Positions 39,054-52,406 are shown, counted from the stretch's first letter. The stretch is 64,000 bases of DNA from Octopus sinensis (GCF_006345805.1 NC_043000.1:40300001-40364000); one strand, 5' to 3'. Translations and numbers: made by a program. The notes: a model not told the origin generated them from the letters alone.

Positions 39054-42000
39054 ATGAAGAAAAATATATTATAGTTATTTCATATATGAAATCGAAGAAG
39101 CTACTTGTAAAAACAAAAAGCCCTACAACCACCTGCAATACAACTATCATTTCTTTCACTCTCATTGCCACCGGCGCTACTGCCATGATCAACATTACCA
39201 CATAACTACCAGCACTAGCAATACTATAACCACCACCACCACCACTACCGTCACCATCCCAATCGCCACCCCCATACCCACTACTAGCTATCACTTCTAC
39301 TCCCAACTGCCGTCCTGACTAGACTACCACTATGACTGCTAAACAGTTGGACTGCAAACTTCACTTCCAGCAAGACCAAACCAGAGCTGCCGTCGCAGCG
39401 ACTACTCCCATCACTTTCGCTACGATAAGCATGACCACAACCACCACCAACGCCACCTCAAACACCACCTTAACCACCAACACTACCATTTTCACAACCA
39501 CCACTACTACCGACACCACCACCATCACGACTACCACCACCAACAGATCTAACAACAAACATCGCAATTCCCACAGGTCTTAATCATCAGAATTTAATGA
39601 GGTGGAACACCCATAAACTTTCAAAGGCAAGGGGAGGAGCGGAGAGACATTGGGGAGCTGCTGAATGATAGGGGTCACTCGATGGTGGGACATTCGGATG
39701 ATTGATGATGTCTCTTTTGTTTATAGAAAAAAGGGAATTAGCAGAAACTAAAAGTCCCTGTCGACCAATGAACGAATTTTTTCAATGATATTCCACATGC
39801 TAGAAATATCAACCAAATTTCCTTCCTCAAATGCCACACGACTGTCTTAAAAAAAGCACATACTGGATAATATAATCCAAGTTTTATTATGTCTGGGAAA
39901 CAGACAAGATGGTCTCGTTTGGAAAGCCTTTAATAATGTTCCCTCGACCAGGACTTCACTTAATACTAAGCAACTACAACACGGTTCCAGTTTCAGAATC
40001 AAACTTTGGTTACCATGGTTATCATGCTAGAGGCTATTACTAGTCGTGTATTTTTAACAAATTAATTTAATATAGAACTGAAGTTATTAAATTTAAAATT
40101 ACGCATATCTTCATATATGGCAATGTATTAAAATGCTGTAATAGTCCTATTTATAAGTATTTATAATATATAAGTATGATAATCATTAGCGATGGTGGAA
40201 GCAGTCTAGGATCTTTTCATTTTGAAAGCCAGATTTTTCAGATTTTTCTAGTTAACTGAATAATTTGAAACTTCGTATACTGGTAGAATGTGTCAAAAGA
40301 AAACAATAATTTCAACTAGTTTTTTTGACAAAAATGTATTTTATAAGTTTAAACGTAGTTTAAATCTGCGAATTTTAACCAATCGTATTGTCTGTTTTCA
40401 TTTGAAATTATTAGCTGCATAGTGTTACTGTGACGTAGACAGCTATTTTGTGAGTGGGTAAGCAGTAAGCAAACAGCTGTGGTAGATGTGGTGATCATGG
40501 CAGTGGTGGTGGTGGCGGTGGCGGCAGTGGATGATGATGATAATGATGATGATAGTAGTAGTAGCATTGACTATGTTAGGATGTCTCATGGATGGTAGTG
40601 TTGAAGACATTGCAGAGTTTAGTGGTGGTGAAATTGGTGATTTTGAATATGATGCTGGTATTGATCTTGGGGTTGCGGTTGCAGAAGATGGTTGTGGTGG
40701 TGGCATTGGAGGTTGTAGTAATGGTTGTAGTGGTGGTTGTGAAGATGATTCTGATATTGATAGTCTTTGCATTGAGGTGGTGGCAGAGTCAGAGTAAATA
40801 ATAAGAGCCCAGTTAACACAAGATTCTTAGTTAAAGCTAAGATGAAACAAGATTCCTTCTTAATATAGTTAATGGTCAAATATAATAATTAAATATCCCA
40901 GACATCTGTAAAAAGAAGTAAGCGTAGAATGTTGAGTCGATGGGCATTACATTTAAAGAACATAAGACTTGTCAGTCTGCCTCATGGCTCCAGCGAGCAA
41001 AATGAAAAGGCGTTGTCCCGAAGTGAGACGCGCTTGAACAGCCACCCCCGACTTGGGGATCGCACTTACAGATAGAAATCTGTGCCCCGATAGCAGTGAG
41101 CAAGGATGTAGTTGAGGTGGGGGAAAGGACGCCGGTAAATATGGACCCTAATAGTTGTAGTATTGCTGCTGCTGCAGCTGTTGATGACCTTGTCCAAAGA
41201 TGTTCCAGCCATAATCATTCCATATTTTATTTAGATACTGTACCTAGGACTACATTATCCACCGTCTCCTTTCATTTTTTAAGAAGGCAGTGAGTATTTT
41301 GTGAGGGATTTAACAGCTATTACTAGTTAGTCGAGTAACCATATAGTGCCTTTGATCTGTTCGTGCTGGGAGTGATTATAGCTATAGTGATGGTGGTGCT
41401 GGTTGTGTACGTCGTAAGGATGATGACGTTGGGACGTAGTGATAGTAATGTTGTAATGATGGTGGTCATTGTGATTTTGATGAGGCCAATGGTTTAATGA
41501 CAACCTTGATGACGTTGACGGTGATAGTGGTAATTGTAACGTTGGAGATGGTTTATAGCGCTGTTGGAAATAGGCTAGGACGATGACTAAGATGATCATA
41601 GTCGTTGTGGTGCTTATTATTTCTGCTATTTTTATGGTTGACCTGGTGTTGCTTATCTCAAAGCCAACCATCATCAAGCAAACCCTATAACCAAAATCGT
41701 TCCTGCCACGGTAATCCGATTGGCTCCCTCTGGCTATGGCCGTCAATACAGCACTTGGCAGGATTAGAAATTTGAATTTGAAATTAAGGAATGCGAGGAA
41801 GAAGATGCATAGAGTTCACATATTTAATTTCTTTTTTTCTTTCTTCTTTTTATCTGTTACGAAGGCCTTACAATTTCTCGTTAGCGGTAATCCTGTATAG
41901 CACTATTTTATTCTTTTTAGAAATCTTCAGCATGTAACTTATAAACGATATATTACGAAGAGAGATTTTTCATTAAAATTGAAGATGAAATTAATTACAA

Positions 42001-42231
42001 TCTGGAGGAAATTCAGTGAATTCGTTTTTGTTTTTCTTTTTTCATAGAACTCTAATATTTCAAGAATTGTGAGGGCGGGAGAATGTTTTTAGTGTTTACT
42101 AACAGAGTAATAGCCGTTTCATGGGTAATTCTACCCCATGAAATTATTTTAAAGTAGCCAACAGTTTCAACATCAGCGACAAAAGATTTCACGATCATGC
42201 ATTATTTTGTTATAAATAAAGGAGGAAGACA

Positions 42232-42429
42232 GTAAGCAAGCAGAATCGTTAAACCGCCACACAAAATGCCTTGCAATATTTCATCCGACACTTCACTATC
42301 TGGGTTCAGATTTCACCAAGATCAACTTACCTTTTCATACAACCGGGTGAAAACGATAAAGTACCAAACAAATACCGTGATCTATGGTACCAACTAGCTC
42401 TTCCAGCATCAAAATTGCTCGCCTTATTC
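42232..42429 (+). mobile_element. SINE family B, highly degenerate
   Basis: GCAGAATCGTTAAACCGCCACACAAAATGCC...TGGGTTCAGATTTCACCAAGATCAACTTACCTTTTCAT. Confidence 0.55.
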
Positions 42430-42668
42430 TTAATCTTTTAGCATTCAGTTTACTCTGTCAAATGTAATGCTTATTTATTCACATTGTTTTGAATCAATCA
42501 TTGTTTTTAATGAATCAATCCTCTTCTAACTTCAAAATTTTGATGGTGTGATTGCTTAGTTTTTAGAACGACATTGTGGAGGAGGTGCAAGAGGTTGGAT
42601 CTGGCAGTTTTTAATATAAAGCAGACAATTTTGGCCAGATATGTCCAGTTTAAATACTATATGATTAA
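42430..42668. mobile_element. TTAA-flanked piggyBac-like MITE, degenerate
   Basis: TTAA at 42430 and 42665; inner ends TCTTTTAGCATTC versus reverse complement TCATATAGTATTT (9/13 match). Confidence 0.45.
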
Positions 42669-43125
42669 ACAACAAAATAGTTAATAATAAAGAGAGGGAG
42701 AGAGAGAGAGAGAGAGAGAGAGAATAGGAATTTTCACAATTCTTTTGTCTTTTTGAGAGGGTCGCAGCTAATATTTGTCAGTTTGAGAATCCCCGTTTTA
42801 GCGGTAGTTAAGAGTCTGTATTATCTAATGTGCTTTACGTTACTAAAGGTGGTAAGGTATGATGAGAAAATTTGGTTGTTATTTCTAGCAAATTGAACGA
42901 CCATATAGAGACTTCTTCATTGATGGTGAAAGTAATGGTAATAGAGGTCGTAAGGGCAGTTGCGGTAATAGCGAGGGTAAAGAGGAGGCGGTGATGATGG
43001 TGGTAAGGGTGGTGGTAATGGTGGTGGTAGTGATGATGGTGATACGGGGGTGTCTGCCGCTAAGGCGGTGATGGTGATACGGGGGTGTCTGTCGCTAAGG
43101 CGGTGATGGTGATAATAGTAAGGTC

Positions 43126-43190
<65 letters not shown>

Positions 43191-43569
43191 CAGCAGCAGC
43201 AGCAGCAGCCGTGGTGTAAGCGATAGTTGTAGATTTGACAGTAATGGTGATGGAGTTCCAGTAATGATATTTACGGGATTGTTTGGAAGGGTTAAGGGTC
43301 GACAGATATGATGATGGAGTGACAGAGAGTTGCGTTGACGATAATGGGGTGGCTGGTGGTGAAGGAAGTAACTGATATGATGTTATATATTAGGGAAGGA
43401 GCGGCCATTGAATTTTTAAAATCGTTTAAGTGGGGGTGGGAGTTGTGGGAGTGGTAGTGATGTGTGTGTATATATATGTATTATATATGTGTGTGTATGT
43501 ATATGTGTGTGCATGTATATGTGTATATATATATATATGTGTGTGTGTGTGTATGTATGAGTAACATTT

Positions 43570-43775
43570 ATCTTCTAATTGTGTTAGTCATTAGCTAGCG
43601 GCCATACTGGGGCACTGCCTTGAAAGGTTTCAGTGGAACAAATCGACCCCAGGACATATTTTAAAAGTCTGGTGCTTATTCTATCAGTGACTAAAGTTGA
43701 ACAGCTAAGTTACTGAAATATAAGCAAACCAACACCGATTGTTAAGCGGTGGTGGGGCACAAACACGAACAAAAA
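43570..43775 (-). mobile_element. SINE family A, 3' half, diverged
   Basis: GCGGCCATACTGGGGCAC...ATCGACCCCAGGAC...CTTATTCTATC...AACAGCTAAGTTAC. Confidence 0.75.
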
Positions 43776-44694
43776 CACAATTTGATTCAATTTTCGAATT
43801 AAACTGGATTCAGTTTGTATGTATGTATGTATGTATGTATGTATGTATGTATGTATGTATGTATGTATGTATGTATGCATGCATGTATGCTTGCTTGTAT
43901 GTATGCATGATTATGTAAAATCTTCCATAAAAACGTTTAAATTTGTATCACATAATTTTTAGGTTTAAAGATATCTTTCCCGAATCCCTTAAACTATTGA
44001 GCATTCATATTTCGCATGATAAATAACCCATCGTCTCCATACAGACCACCTCTTAAATTATTGAATCATTTGCTTAAATAATAAAGGCTATTGAACTCAC
44101 AGATTTATGCAGACTCAACGAGGTTATCCATCATTACAGGGAAAGAAATAGCATAATTTTCTTTGACTTTAAATCGTCGTTCAAAGCCAGTAATGAGTTT
44201 CTTGCGTGCCAGTAATAAGTTTCTTGTTTTTATCTCCGAATCATATATCACATATCAAAATATCTAGCGAGTTGGCAACAATCTTGTGACAATTACTGCA
44301 TCAGGCTCCAGCTAGTTTAAAAGTGTTTTATACTATTAGCGTGCATGTTCGACTGTTTCTTTTTAGTGTCTTGTAATAAGGTTTCAGCAATGTTTTTGAT
44401 ATCTTGAAATATCAGTAAAATCTGAGACTCATAGTCGCGATCTTTATACTTTATATATTTTGAACTTTATACATTACACATAAACACACACACACACACA
44501 TGCACACATACATTTATATGTATGTATGTACATACGTGTGCATCTATGCATATATATAAATATTTATATATATATATATATCTATATATGTATGTATATA
44601 TGTATTATATATATATATATATATGTAATATATATATATATATATATATAATATATATATGTATATATACGTATGTATATATATGTATGTATGT

Positions 44695-44739
<45 letters not shown>

Positions 44740-44769
44740 TATTTTCTCTCCCTCTTTATTTCTGTGTTC

Positions 44770-44805
44770 CTTTCTGTCGAAGAGCGTAGGTTCGAAACGT
44801 AAAAG
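44770..44805 (+). ncRNA. Minimal type I hammerhead motif, A6U variant, in pseudo-LTR copy ~44745-44895
   Basis: CTTT-CTGTCGA-A-GAGC-gtag-GTTC-GAAA-C-GT-A-AAAG. Confidence 0.72.
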
Positions 44806-44893
44806 ACTTTCTCACTTCCCGAGCGTTAAACTAATACATCTGTTTGTAGTTTACACACCTGTTTTCATCTTTTGTTTTTTTGTAAATTCTCCC

Positions 44894-44947
<54 letters not shown>

Positions 44948-44961
44948 TGTAAAAGTTAAAT

Positions 44962-45063
44962 AGAGGATATATTAAACTCATAAAGGGATGATTACACCGA
45001 TTCTATACCAAATATACTTTTGGGAAATAAAATTTCTATAAATCAATAGGTATATATTATTCA
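44962..45063 (+). repeat. ~100 bp direct repeat, partner at 46660-46760
   Basis: GATATATTAA(A/T)CTCATAAAGGGAT...CTATACCAAATATA...AAATCAATAGGTATATATTATTCA in both, roughly 88-90% identical by eye. Confidence 0.85.
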
Positions 45064-45268
45064 CACACACACAACTTTATATGTGTATATGTACGTACGT
45101 ACGTATGTATGTATGTATGTATGTATGTATGTATGTATGTATGTATGTATGTATGTATGTTTGTACATACGCGTGTATCTATGTATATATAAATATATAT
45201 ATGTATATATATATGTGTATGTATATATATAATTATCTATCTATCTATATATATATGTGCGTATGTGC

Positions 45269-45304
<36 letters not shown>

Positions 45305-45400
45305 ATGTGTGTAGGGATAATTTACAAAAGAAAAAAAGACGAAGCCAGGTTGTGTAGACAATAAACTGATGTATTAGTTTAACCTCCGGAAGTGAAAAAC

Positions 45401-45436
45401 CTTTAAAGTTTCTAGCCTACGCTCTTCCTTGGAAAG
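45401..45436 (-). ncRNA. Degenerate hammerhead motif in pseudo-LTR copy ~45312-45560
   Basis: Reverse complement CTTT-CCAAGGA-A-GAGC-gtag-GCTA-GAAA-C-TT-T-AAAG; same family as 10225 and 44770. Confidence 0.5.
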
Positions 45437-46109
45437 GAACACAGAGAGAAACATGCAGAGAAAATAAAGAATGCGTAGTGGCTAACGATCTATCATGGCG
45501 AATGCCGGACAGAGGGGTCACACAGGAGACCCAGGAAGAAGGAGAGACAATAAAGTAGTGGTGATCCCAAAATGAAGGTGCGCGTGCGTGTGTATAAGAG
45601 AGCATATATGTGCGTGTGGAAGAGGGTTGGTGACCTTGACGTGTGCGTGTGCGCATGTGTAGGTGTGTAGATGATGGTGTGGGTGCTGGGATGTGGTCAG
45701 TACTAGTGTGCGCGTGGTGGTGTGATGTGATGTGGTGTTGTGTGGTATGGTAGTGTGTAGTGTGGTGGTGTGTGGTGGTTTTGGGATGTGGGGGAGGCGA
45801 GAGTGGGGAAAACAAGGGTGGGGTGTGGGTTAAACTGAAGGTGGGGGTAGAGGTGGGGTATATGTGAGTGCATGTAAGGGATGGTGTGAGGGTGGGATGG
45901 ATAAGGAAGGTGGGGTGGGATAGTGTAGGGGTGGGTTACGAGGGAGGGAGATGATGAATGAAGAGGAGAAAGGAGAAGGTGGGTAGGAGTGAAGAGAAGA
46001 GAGAAGGACGGTAGGAGTGAAGAGAAGTAAAAGTCGGAGTAAGAGAGGAGAGGTGGGTGGGAGGAAGTAGGTATGAGAGGAAGAGAGGAGAGGGGAGGAG
46101 AGTTGAGCC

Positions 46110-46660
46110 CATGTGACGCAAAAGAGCGAAGAGAGAAGATTAAACTCTGTTCACGGCGAAGACGGAAGTCCGGATGGCGCCTGTGCAAGGACAATCCGAA
46201 TACAGACAGGTGTCACAAAGAGCGACCGGTAGAGCAGAAATGGCGCGAGACCGGGGTGTCATTGCCGAGTCGGATGTCTCGGAGGTGTTCCACGAACCGG
46301 TCAGCCAAGTGGCATCCCGTTTGCCCGATGTACAGAGAATGGCAGAGAGAAAGGAGATGCAGTAGATGACGTTGCTAGAAGTGCAGTTGAAGGAGTCGGT
46401 GATATGATAGTGTCGATGATGGGTGTCGGTGAGGAGGGTGGTGTTGGAGAGGTAAGAGCAGGTGCAGTATAGTGGGCGGGAACAGGGGAACGAGCTGGGT
46501 TGGTAGGTTGGGTTAGAGAAGAAGCTGTGGACCAAGACGTCTCGTAGGTTGTGGGCTCGTTTGAAGGAGGGGAGGGGTCGGTTAGAGAAGATGTGCGAAG
46601 TAGAGTGGTCGGACTGGAATCGCCGGAAGGCTCGGAGAATGGTGCGTTGGAGAGGTAGGG
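46110..46660 (-). pseudogene. Penelope-like GIY-YIG endonuclease remnant (different subfamily from 9129-9565)
   Basis: ILRAFRRFQSD...PSFKRAHNLRDVLVHS...FPCSRPLYCTC...FNCTSSNVIYCIS/LYIGQTGRHLADRFVEHLRDI...REQSLIFSLRSFASHGLN. Confidence 0.88.
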
Positions 46661-47289
46661 TGATATATTAATCTCATAAAGGGATAATTACACTGGCTCT
46701 ATACCAAATATATTTTTTGGGAAAAAAATTTCTTTAAATCAATAGGTATATATTATTCATATAATCCGTATTCGCTTAATAGAAGAAAAGAAAATGGAGA
46801 GTTGAAACTTAATAATTACTTATTAATAAAATGATGCCTCCTACTTCCTATAGCTGTTTCATTTGTGCTTATTAAATAAATTACAAATTTATGGTTTAAA
46901 CTTGTACTTATAAGGTATAAATTCAATATCATCAGAGTAAAAGATATACAATAAAAGATTACATGGTGACCTCTTGGTTCATACTGGCAGACTAAGTACA
47001 TGGAGTTATTTCATGTTTATTTATGTGTGTGCGCGTGGGATAATGGATTAATTTGAATATAATAAGAAATAAAGTAAAATAAATAAGGTAGAATAAAATA
47101 AAATAAAATGTATAAAATATCAAATAAATACGATAAAAATAAAAATAAAGTAAATAAATAAATAAAAGTAGAACAAAAATAAAATAAGAAATGTATTGAT
47201 CAGTGCTCATTGGTTGGAGAAATATATATATATATATATATATATATTAAGCTACGGAAGCAGTATTAATACCAAATAGTAATCTTACT

Positions 47290-47895
47290 AGGCGGTACTA
47301 GTTCCGGCGCTTTATGTTCGGGTTTCAAATTCCGCGAAGGTCTGCTTTTCATTTCATTCATCCGTGGTCGATAAGTTTTGGTACCAGTCAAGTGCTTGGG
47401 TTGATTTAAAAGACTACTCAAATCTTCCTAAATGTCTTGTCCTTTAGAAACAGTTACTATTACTGCTCTTATCAAGGAGACAAGCTGGCAGAGTCGATAC
47501 CGCGTCGGAAAAATAGATGTTTGGTAGCATTTCTTCCGACTTTACGTTTTGCGATCAAATGCCGCTGAAGTGAACTTTGCCTTTCATTCTTCCGGGTCCA
47601 TAAAATAAGTACCGGTTGAACGCTGTGGTTGAGGTAATCGACTTAGTTCCTACTCGGGAATTGCTAGCCCAGAGCCAAAATTTGCAGCGAGCTGACAGAA
47701 TCGTTAGCACGCCCGACAAAATGCTTAGAGGCATATGTTCTGTAGTTTTGCTCTGAATTCAAATGCCGTCGAGCACGATCTTGCCTTCCACCCTTTCGAG
47801 ATCGATAAAACAAGTGCCAGTTGATCACTAGGGTCGATGTAATCGAATTGCTCCCTAACCCCGAAATCGCTGGCCTTGTGCCAACATTTGAAACC
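47290..47895 (+). mobile_element. Head-to-tail run of SINE-B copies (weak ~47290-47410; 47477-47685; 47686-47895)
   Basis: Repeated GCTG(G/A)CAGA(G/A)TCG...CTTTGCCTTTCA/TTGCCTTCCA...GTAATCGA...GCCAA(A/C)ATTTG modules. Confidence 0.75.
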
Positions 47896-48138
47896 GTTAT
47901 TACTGTTCTTATGGTGGCGAGCATTTTAGGTCGATGTTATAGACTAGTCATCATAGCTTGTTTCTATAGTAGAAAAAATTTAATCATCACTTAAACATGA
48001 CTGTTCCGTAGGAACCGATGTTACTGCCATTTTTAACCTCAGGAACACGCCCTTCCCCCAGCTGGTTGTCGATACAATCTGCACCCGATATCTATTGCAA
48101 GCAGGGGAGTGAATCCCTACCATCTTCTAGCCACAAGG

Positions 48139-48187
48139 CAATCAGACCATACGGTCTCGACCTCTTTGTGGTCATCCTCGGTGGTGG
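48139..48187 (-). ncRNA. Degenerate hammerhead motif in a pseudo-LTR-like segment (~48090-48345) homologous to the 356 bp unit
   Basis: Reverse complement CCACCA-CCGAGGA-T-GACC-acaaaga-GGTC-GAGA-CC-gtat-GG-TC; near-palindromic stem III. Confidence 0.45.
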
Positions 48188-49031
48188 ATACTCGCCTGCT
48201 AGAGATAGTAGTTGTTTAGTCCAGCTTGCAATACACAGAAATCAAGTGACACACAGTCACTGACCTTGCAACAAGCAAATTATCCCGTTGAGAAAATCTC
48301 TATAAGAGTAACTATACTGAGAAGTAATATTTATCGCCACCTAAAATAAATTATTAGTTTTATTCTTGATGTTGTTATTCAAGATATTGTTGAGACAAAT
48401 AAATAAATTGACAATATACTTCAGATGTGAACAGGAGAAGAGAGGTGAGTGTTGGAGATGGTGTGATATTAGAAAAGATGGGTAGAGGAAGTTACAAGGA
48501 AATCATAGCAACAGACAACATTCACAAGTCTTCCAATTTGCATGTGACATACATACATATGTATATTGTTTAGAAGTGTCTTTAGAAGTCATTATTAATT
48601 CTACACGTATTCTCTGGAGACATTTTGATTGGTGAATCATTCACATTCACTGATATGACTGCCATGTCAACATTGAATGACGTGCATTTTATGATGACGG
48701 TCGTGGTGGTGGTAGGAAGACTAGTGTGTATTTTGGGTTGCATAATTGGTGGTGGTGGTGGTGGTGGTGGTGAGAGTGGCAGTATTTTTTTAATGGTGAT
48801 AGATGCGATATTTTTCGGTGCTTGATGACACGCTTGTAGTAGTAGTAGTAGTAGTAGTAGTAGCCACCGCCATCATCGTCTTCGTTGTTGTTGTTAATGT
48901 TATTCTTGTTGCTTGGTTTCTGGTCACTAATCCAGGAGAGAGCCATTATTGAAGGAGTTTGCAGTAAATACACACACGCACACATACACATACATACATA
49001 CATACATACACACACACACGCACGCACACAC

Positions 49032-49062
<31 letters not shown>

Positions 49063-49567
49063 CGTATGTATGTATTTATGTATAGTCTCCTATATATGGA
49101 TAGTCTCCTGACCACATAGTCTAAGGTCATTCGAGAGAATTTTAGCAGCTGACAAATAGAGTGACCACACATAGGATCCCCATGTGGTGATGGTCGCAGT
49201 GGTGGTGGTTGTGCTTATTATGATGGTGATTATCGTGATGATGTCCTTTGTGGTTATGGAGATGTTGTTGTTGTTGTTGCTGTTGTTGTTGTTGTTGTTA
49301 GTGGTGGTGGTGGTGATCGTAGTGGTGATAGAGGAGGTGGATAGTTTGCGTATTTTGGTGTTAGCAGTACAATGCATTTAGCGAAGTGGTGCTTTACATT
49401 TAACGAAAGTGCTGTGCATTTGTTAATGGTAATGCCATATGGTTACATACAATAATAATAATAATAATAATAATATAATAATAATAATAATAATAGTAGT
49501 AGTAGTAGCAGCAGTAGTAGTAATAATAATAGTAGTAGTAGTAGTAGTAGTAGTAGAAGTAGTAGTA

Positions 49568-49624
<57 letters not shown>

Positions 49625-49933
49625 CAACAGCAGTGGTGGTAGTGTTAGTAGTAATGGTACAATAGATCTGACGATCGATATGTTGGTGATGATGCTGAGT
49701 TCATTTTACCGTTGTCTGCTGTACACTTTGTGATCGTCGTCGTCGTCGTCGTCGTCGTCGTAGTAGTAGTAGTAGTAGTAGTGGCGGTTCTGGTGGTGTT
49801 ATTGTGCATTTAGTGGAATGTGTGTGATTTGTCATAAAAGCCTCCAAGCATGATGCGATAATCAAGAATATTTTGTGAAGACGGATTTCCACAGGATGCT
49901 ATGTTGAATTATGAATTCTATAGTTCCTCAATA

Positions 49934-49978
49934 ATTAACTTCCAGCACTTTCTGACTCATACCTCCTCCCCACCCCGC

Positions 49979-50031
<53 letters not shown>

Positions 50032-50192
50032 GGGCAGCAATTTGTGGGGAAGGGATGAGTCGATTACATCGACCCCAGTGTTCAACTGGTACTTATTTAC
50101 CGACCCCGAAAGGATGAAAGGTAAAATCGACCTCGGCGGAATTTGAACTCAGAACGTAGCGACGGGTGAAATACTGCTAAGCATTCTGCCTG
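49934..50192 (-). repeat. Left copy of a 259/265 bp inverted duplication (partner 55041-55305)
   Basis: Base-by-base identical to the reverse complement of 55041-55305 except 17 versus 19 AAT units. Confidence 0.97.
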
Positions 50193-50230
50193 GCGTGCTG
50201 TGCTAACGATTCTGCTAGTTCGCTGCCTTA

Positions 50231-50231
<1 letters not shown>
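50031..50231 (-). mobile_element. SINE family B, full length, with (TAT)n tail
   Basis: Head TTAAGGCAGCGAACTAGCAGAATCGTTAGC matches 63045-63075. Confidence 0.92.
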
Positions 50232-50262
<31 letters not shown>

Positions 50263-50603
50263 AATAATAATAATAATTATAATAAGATTTTAAAAGGTTT
50301 GATGTAACTCTTCACAAATTAAACAAACAAGACGAAGAGCGAGATGCGATTGCAATATATATTTTATTGATTGAACAATATTTCGACAGCAAGTCTGTCT
50401 TTGTCGAGTTCCAAATAAGAAGTGATAAAATTTCAAAGTTATAGAAATTCTTTTTTTTTTCTTTTTTCTCTCTTTTTTTTTCTGTCTTTTTCTTTTCACC
50501 ACTTGAAACTGAAAGATTGATGATGTCATTCCAACGACGTGTGGATGCTAGTTGCTCTCATTCATATTTTAGATTTGAATTTCTATAATTCAACATCCCT
50601 TAT

Positions 50604-51078
50604 AAATGCTATACGAACACAAACTGTGTGTCGATAGCCAGCTGGAAAAGATGTTTTCCTAGGGCTAAAACAACAGTAACATCGTCCTTTAAGACTGCCA
50701 ACTTCTGTTGGCATATAAGCTTTACTATTCGGTACTGTTATTGTATATCTCTTACTCAGAGGTTTAAAACAAGTTGTTTTTCTATATATGAGATCAGCGA
50801 CCGTGTGTCGCTTAAAGAATATATAGTATTTGCGAGTAGAGAGAGCTTTCGTCACTAAACTGTGGTTGTCTCACACTGAGGACAGGTAATCACCCAAAAA
50901 CCTATGTGAGAAACACGTAAGGTTAGAGATGGGAGCGATGACCTCCCTTGCAAATGCTATACGAACACAAACTGTGTGTCAAAAGCCAGCTGTAAAAGAT
51001 GTTTTCCTGGGGCTAAAACAACAGTAACATCGTCCTTTATAGGACGGCTACATACTATTGGCATATAAACTTTACTAT
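50604..51078 (+). repeat. ~125 bp direct repeats (50604-50728 and 50952-51078) around a ~220 bp spacer
   Basis: AAATGCTATACGAACACAAACTGTGTGTC...GGGCTAAAACAACAGTAACATCGTCCTTTA...TTGGCATATAA(G/A)CTTTACTAT occurs twice; related sequence at ~48015-48075 on the opposite strand. Confidence 0.9.
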
Positions 51079-51193
51079 AATTTTGAATTTTTATCACTTT
51101 TTATTTTGAACTCGACAAAGAAAGGCTTACTGTCGAAATATCGTTCAGCCAATGAAATATCTATTGCAATCGCACCGCGCTCTTTGGCTTGTC

Positions 51194-51253
<60 letters not shown>

Positions 51254-51270
51254 TGATGATGATGATGATG

Positions 51271-51560
51271 ATAATCGACGTAGCATGCCCCGGTGACAGC
51301 AGGATCAATGTGAAAAAATAAATAACTATGACGATTTGAAGTGGAAAATACGAAGCTTGTGGTCAATGAGGTGCACTTACAAGTATCAGCACTCAGCTTC
51401 CAACATGGCTGAAAAAGATTGGCGCAAGTCTGAAGTAGAACACCTACAAAAATCAGCATTGCTTAGAACTGCAAGAATTCTTCGCAGCGTTCGTGAAGCA
51501 TGACCAGTAAACAAGTGTCACCTTTGTCTGCTGGCTGTGGACAGCTGATACTAAGCATCA
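51271..51560 (+). mobile_element. R4/Dong-like LINE 3' fragment, preceded by (TAA)n(TGA)n
   Basis: IIDVACPGDSRINVKK...YDDLKWKIRSLWSM...EHLQKSALLRTARILRSV. Confidence 0.8.
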
Positions 51561-52019
51561 TCGAAAATGATAATGCAAAGATCCTATGGGATTTTATGAT
51601 TCAGCGCGACCATGAGATAGAGAATAAGAAGCCAGACATAGTCTTAATTGAGAAAGAAACCAAACTATGCTGAATCATGGATATAGCATGCTCTGCTGAC
51701 AACAAGGTATGTGATAAGAAAGAGAAGTCGATTGGTATGACAGGTTAGCTTGGGATGTAAAGCAGTTGTGGACGATGAAAAAGGTGGTAGTGGCATTAAT
51801 AATTGTCGGAGCCCTGGAAACTGTGAGTAAAAATCTCGAGAACTACATGGACCAAATAGGGGCTGCAATAAGGGTGGAGCACTTGTAGAAAATAACACTG
51901 CTTGGAACCGCTTGAATACTCCGGAAGGTGCTCGAAAAATAAGAGGTGTTACCTTAGTTCACTGGTAGTGAACAGCTAACACCGTAGTAAATCTCCTGAG
52001 TTAGAAGCTGTGCAAAGGC

Positions 52020-52087
<68 letters not shown>

Positions 52088-52138
52088 TAATAATAATAAC
52101 AATAATAATAAAATGGAATAATAATAATAATAATAATA
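51557..52138 (+). mobile_element. R4/Dong-like LINE 3' end with (TAA)n tail (52021-52138)
   Basis: ENDNAKILWDFMIQRDHEIENKKPDIVLIEKETKLC*IMDIAC...IIVGALETVSKNL...LLGTA*ILRKVLE: PD..D-type restriction-like endonuclease. Confidence 0.9.
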
Positions 52139-52139
52139 T

Positions 52140-52406
52140 GGAGGTCAAAGTCCCAGAGGATCTTTGCCTTCCCGTTTTTATCCATTACCTGTTCCGGTGT
52201 ATAATGGTTCTAAGCACCCGTCACCTCGTGTCCATTCTTCCGGCATAATAGCTAGTAAAGGTTTTGGATTACCTTGTACTCTTTCTGCGCAAGACTTTCA
52301 CAAGCACTAACAATGTGAGTCACACTTTCGACCTTCTTCCCACACATTCTGCAGAGGTTTGTTGCATTTGTGTGGTGTATATCCCTTTTATAACATGGTT
52401 CTTGGT
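52140..52406 (-). mobile_element. R4/Dong-like LINE CCHC zinc-knuckle fragment
   Basis: CRMCGKKVESVTHIVSACESLAQKEYK...MDKNGKAKILWDFD. Confidence 0.88.

Noticed and set aside
41070-41240. Minus-strand exon candidates (VQYLNKIWNDYGWNIFGQ; VHIYRRPFPHLNYILAHCY) near a GTAAGTG donor
   Set aside because: Acceptors are poor, frames conflict and no family is recognised.
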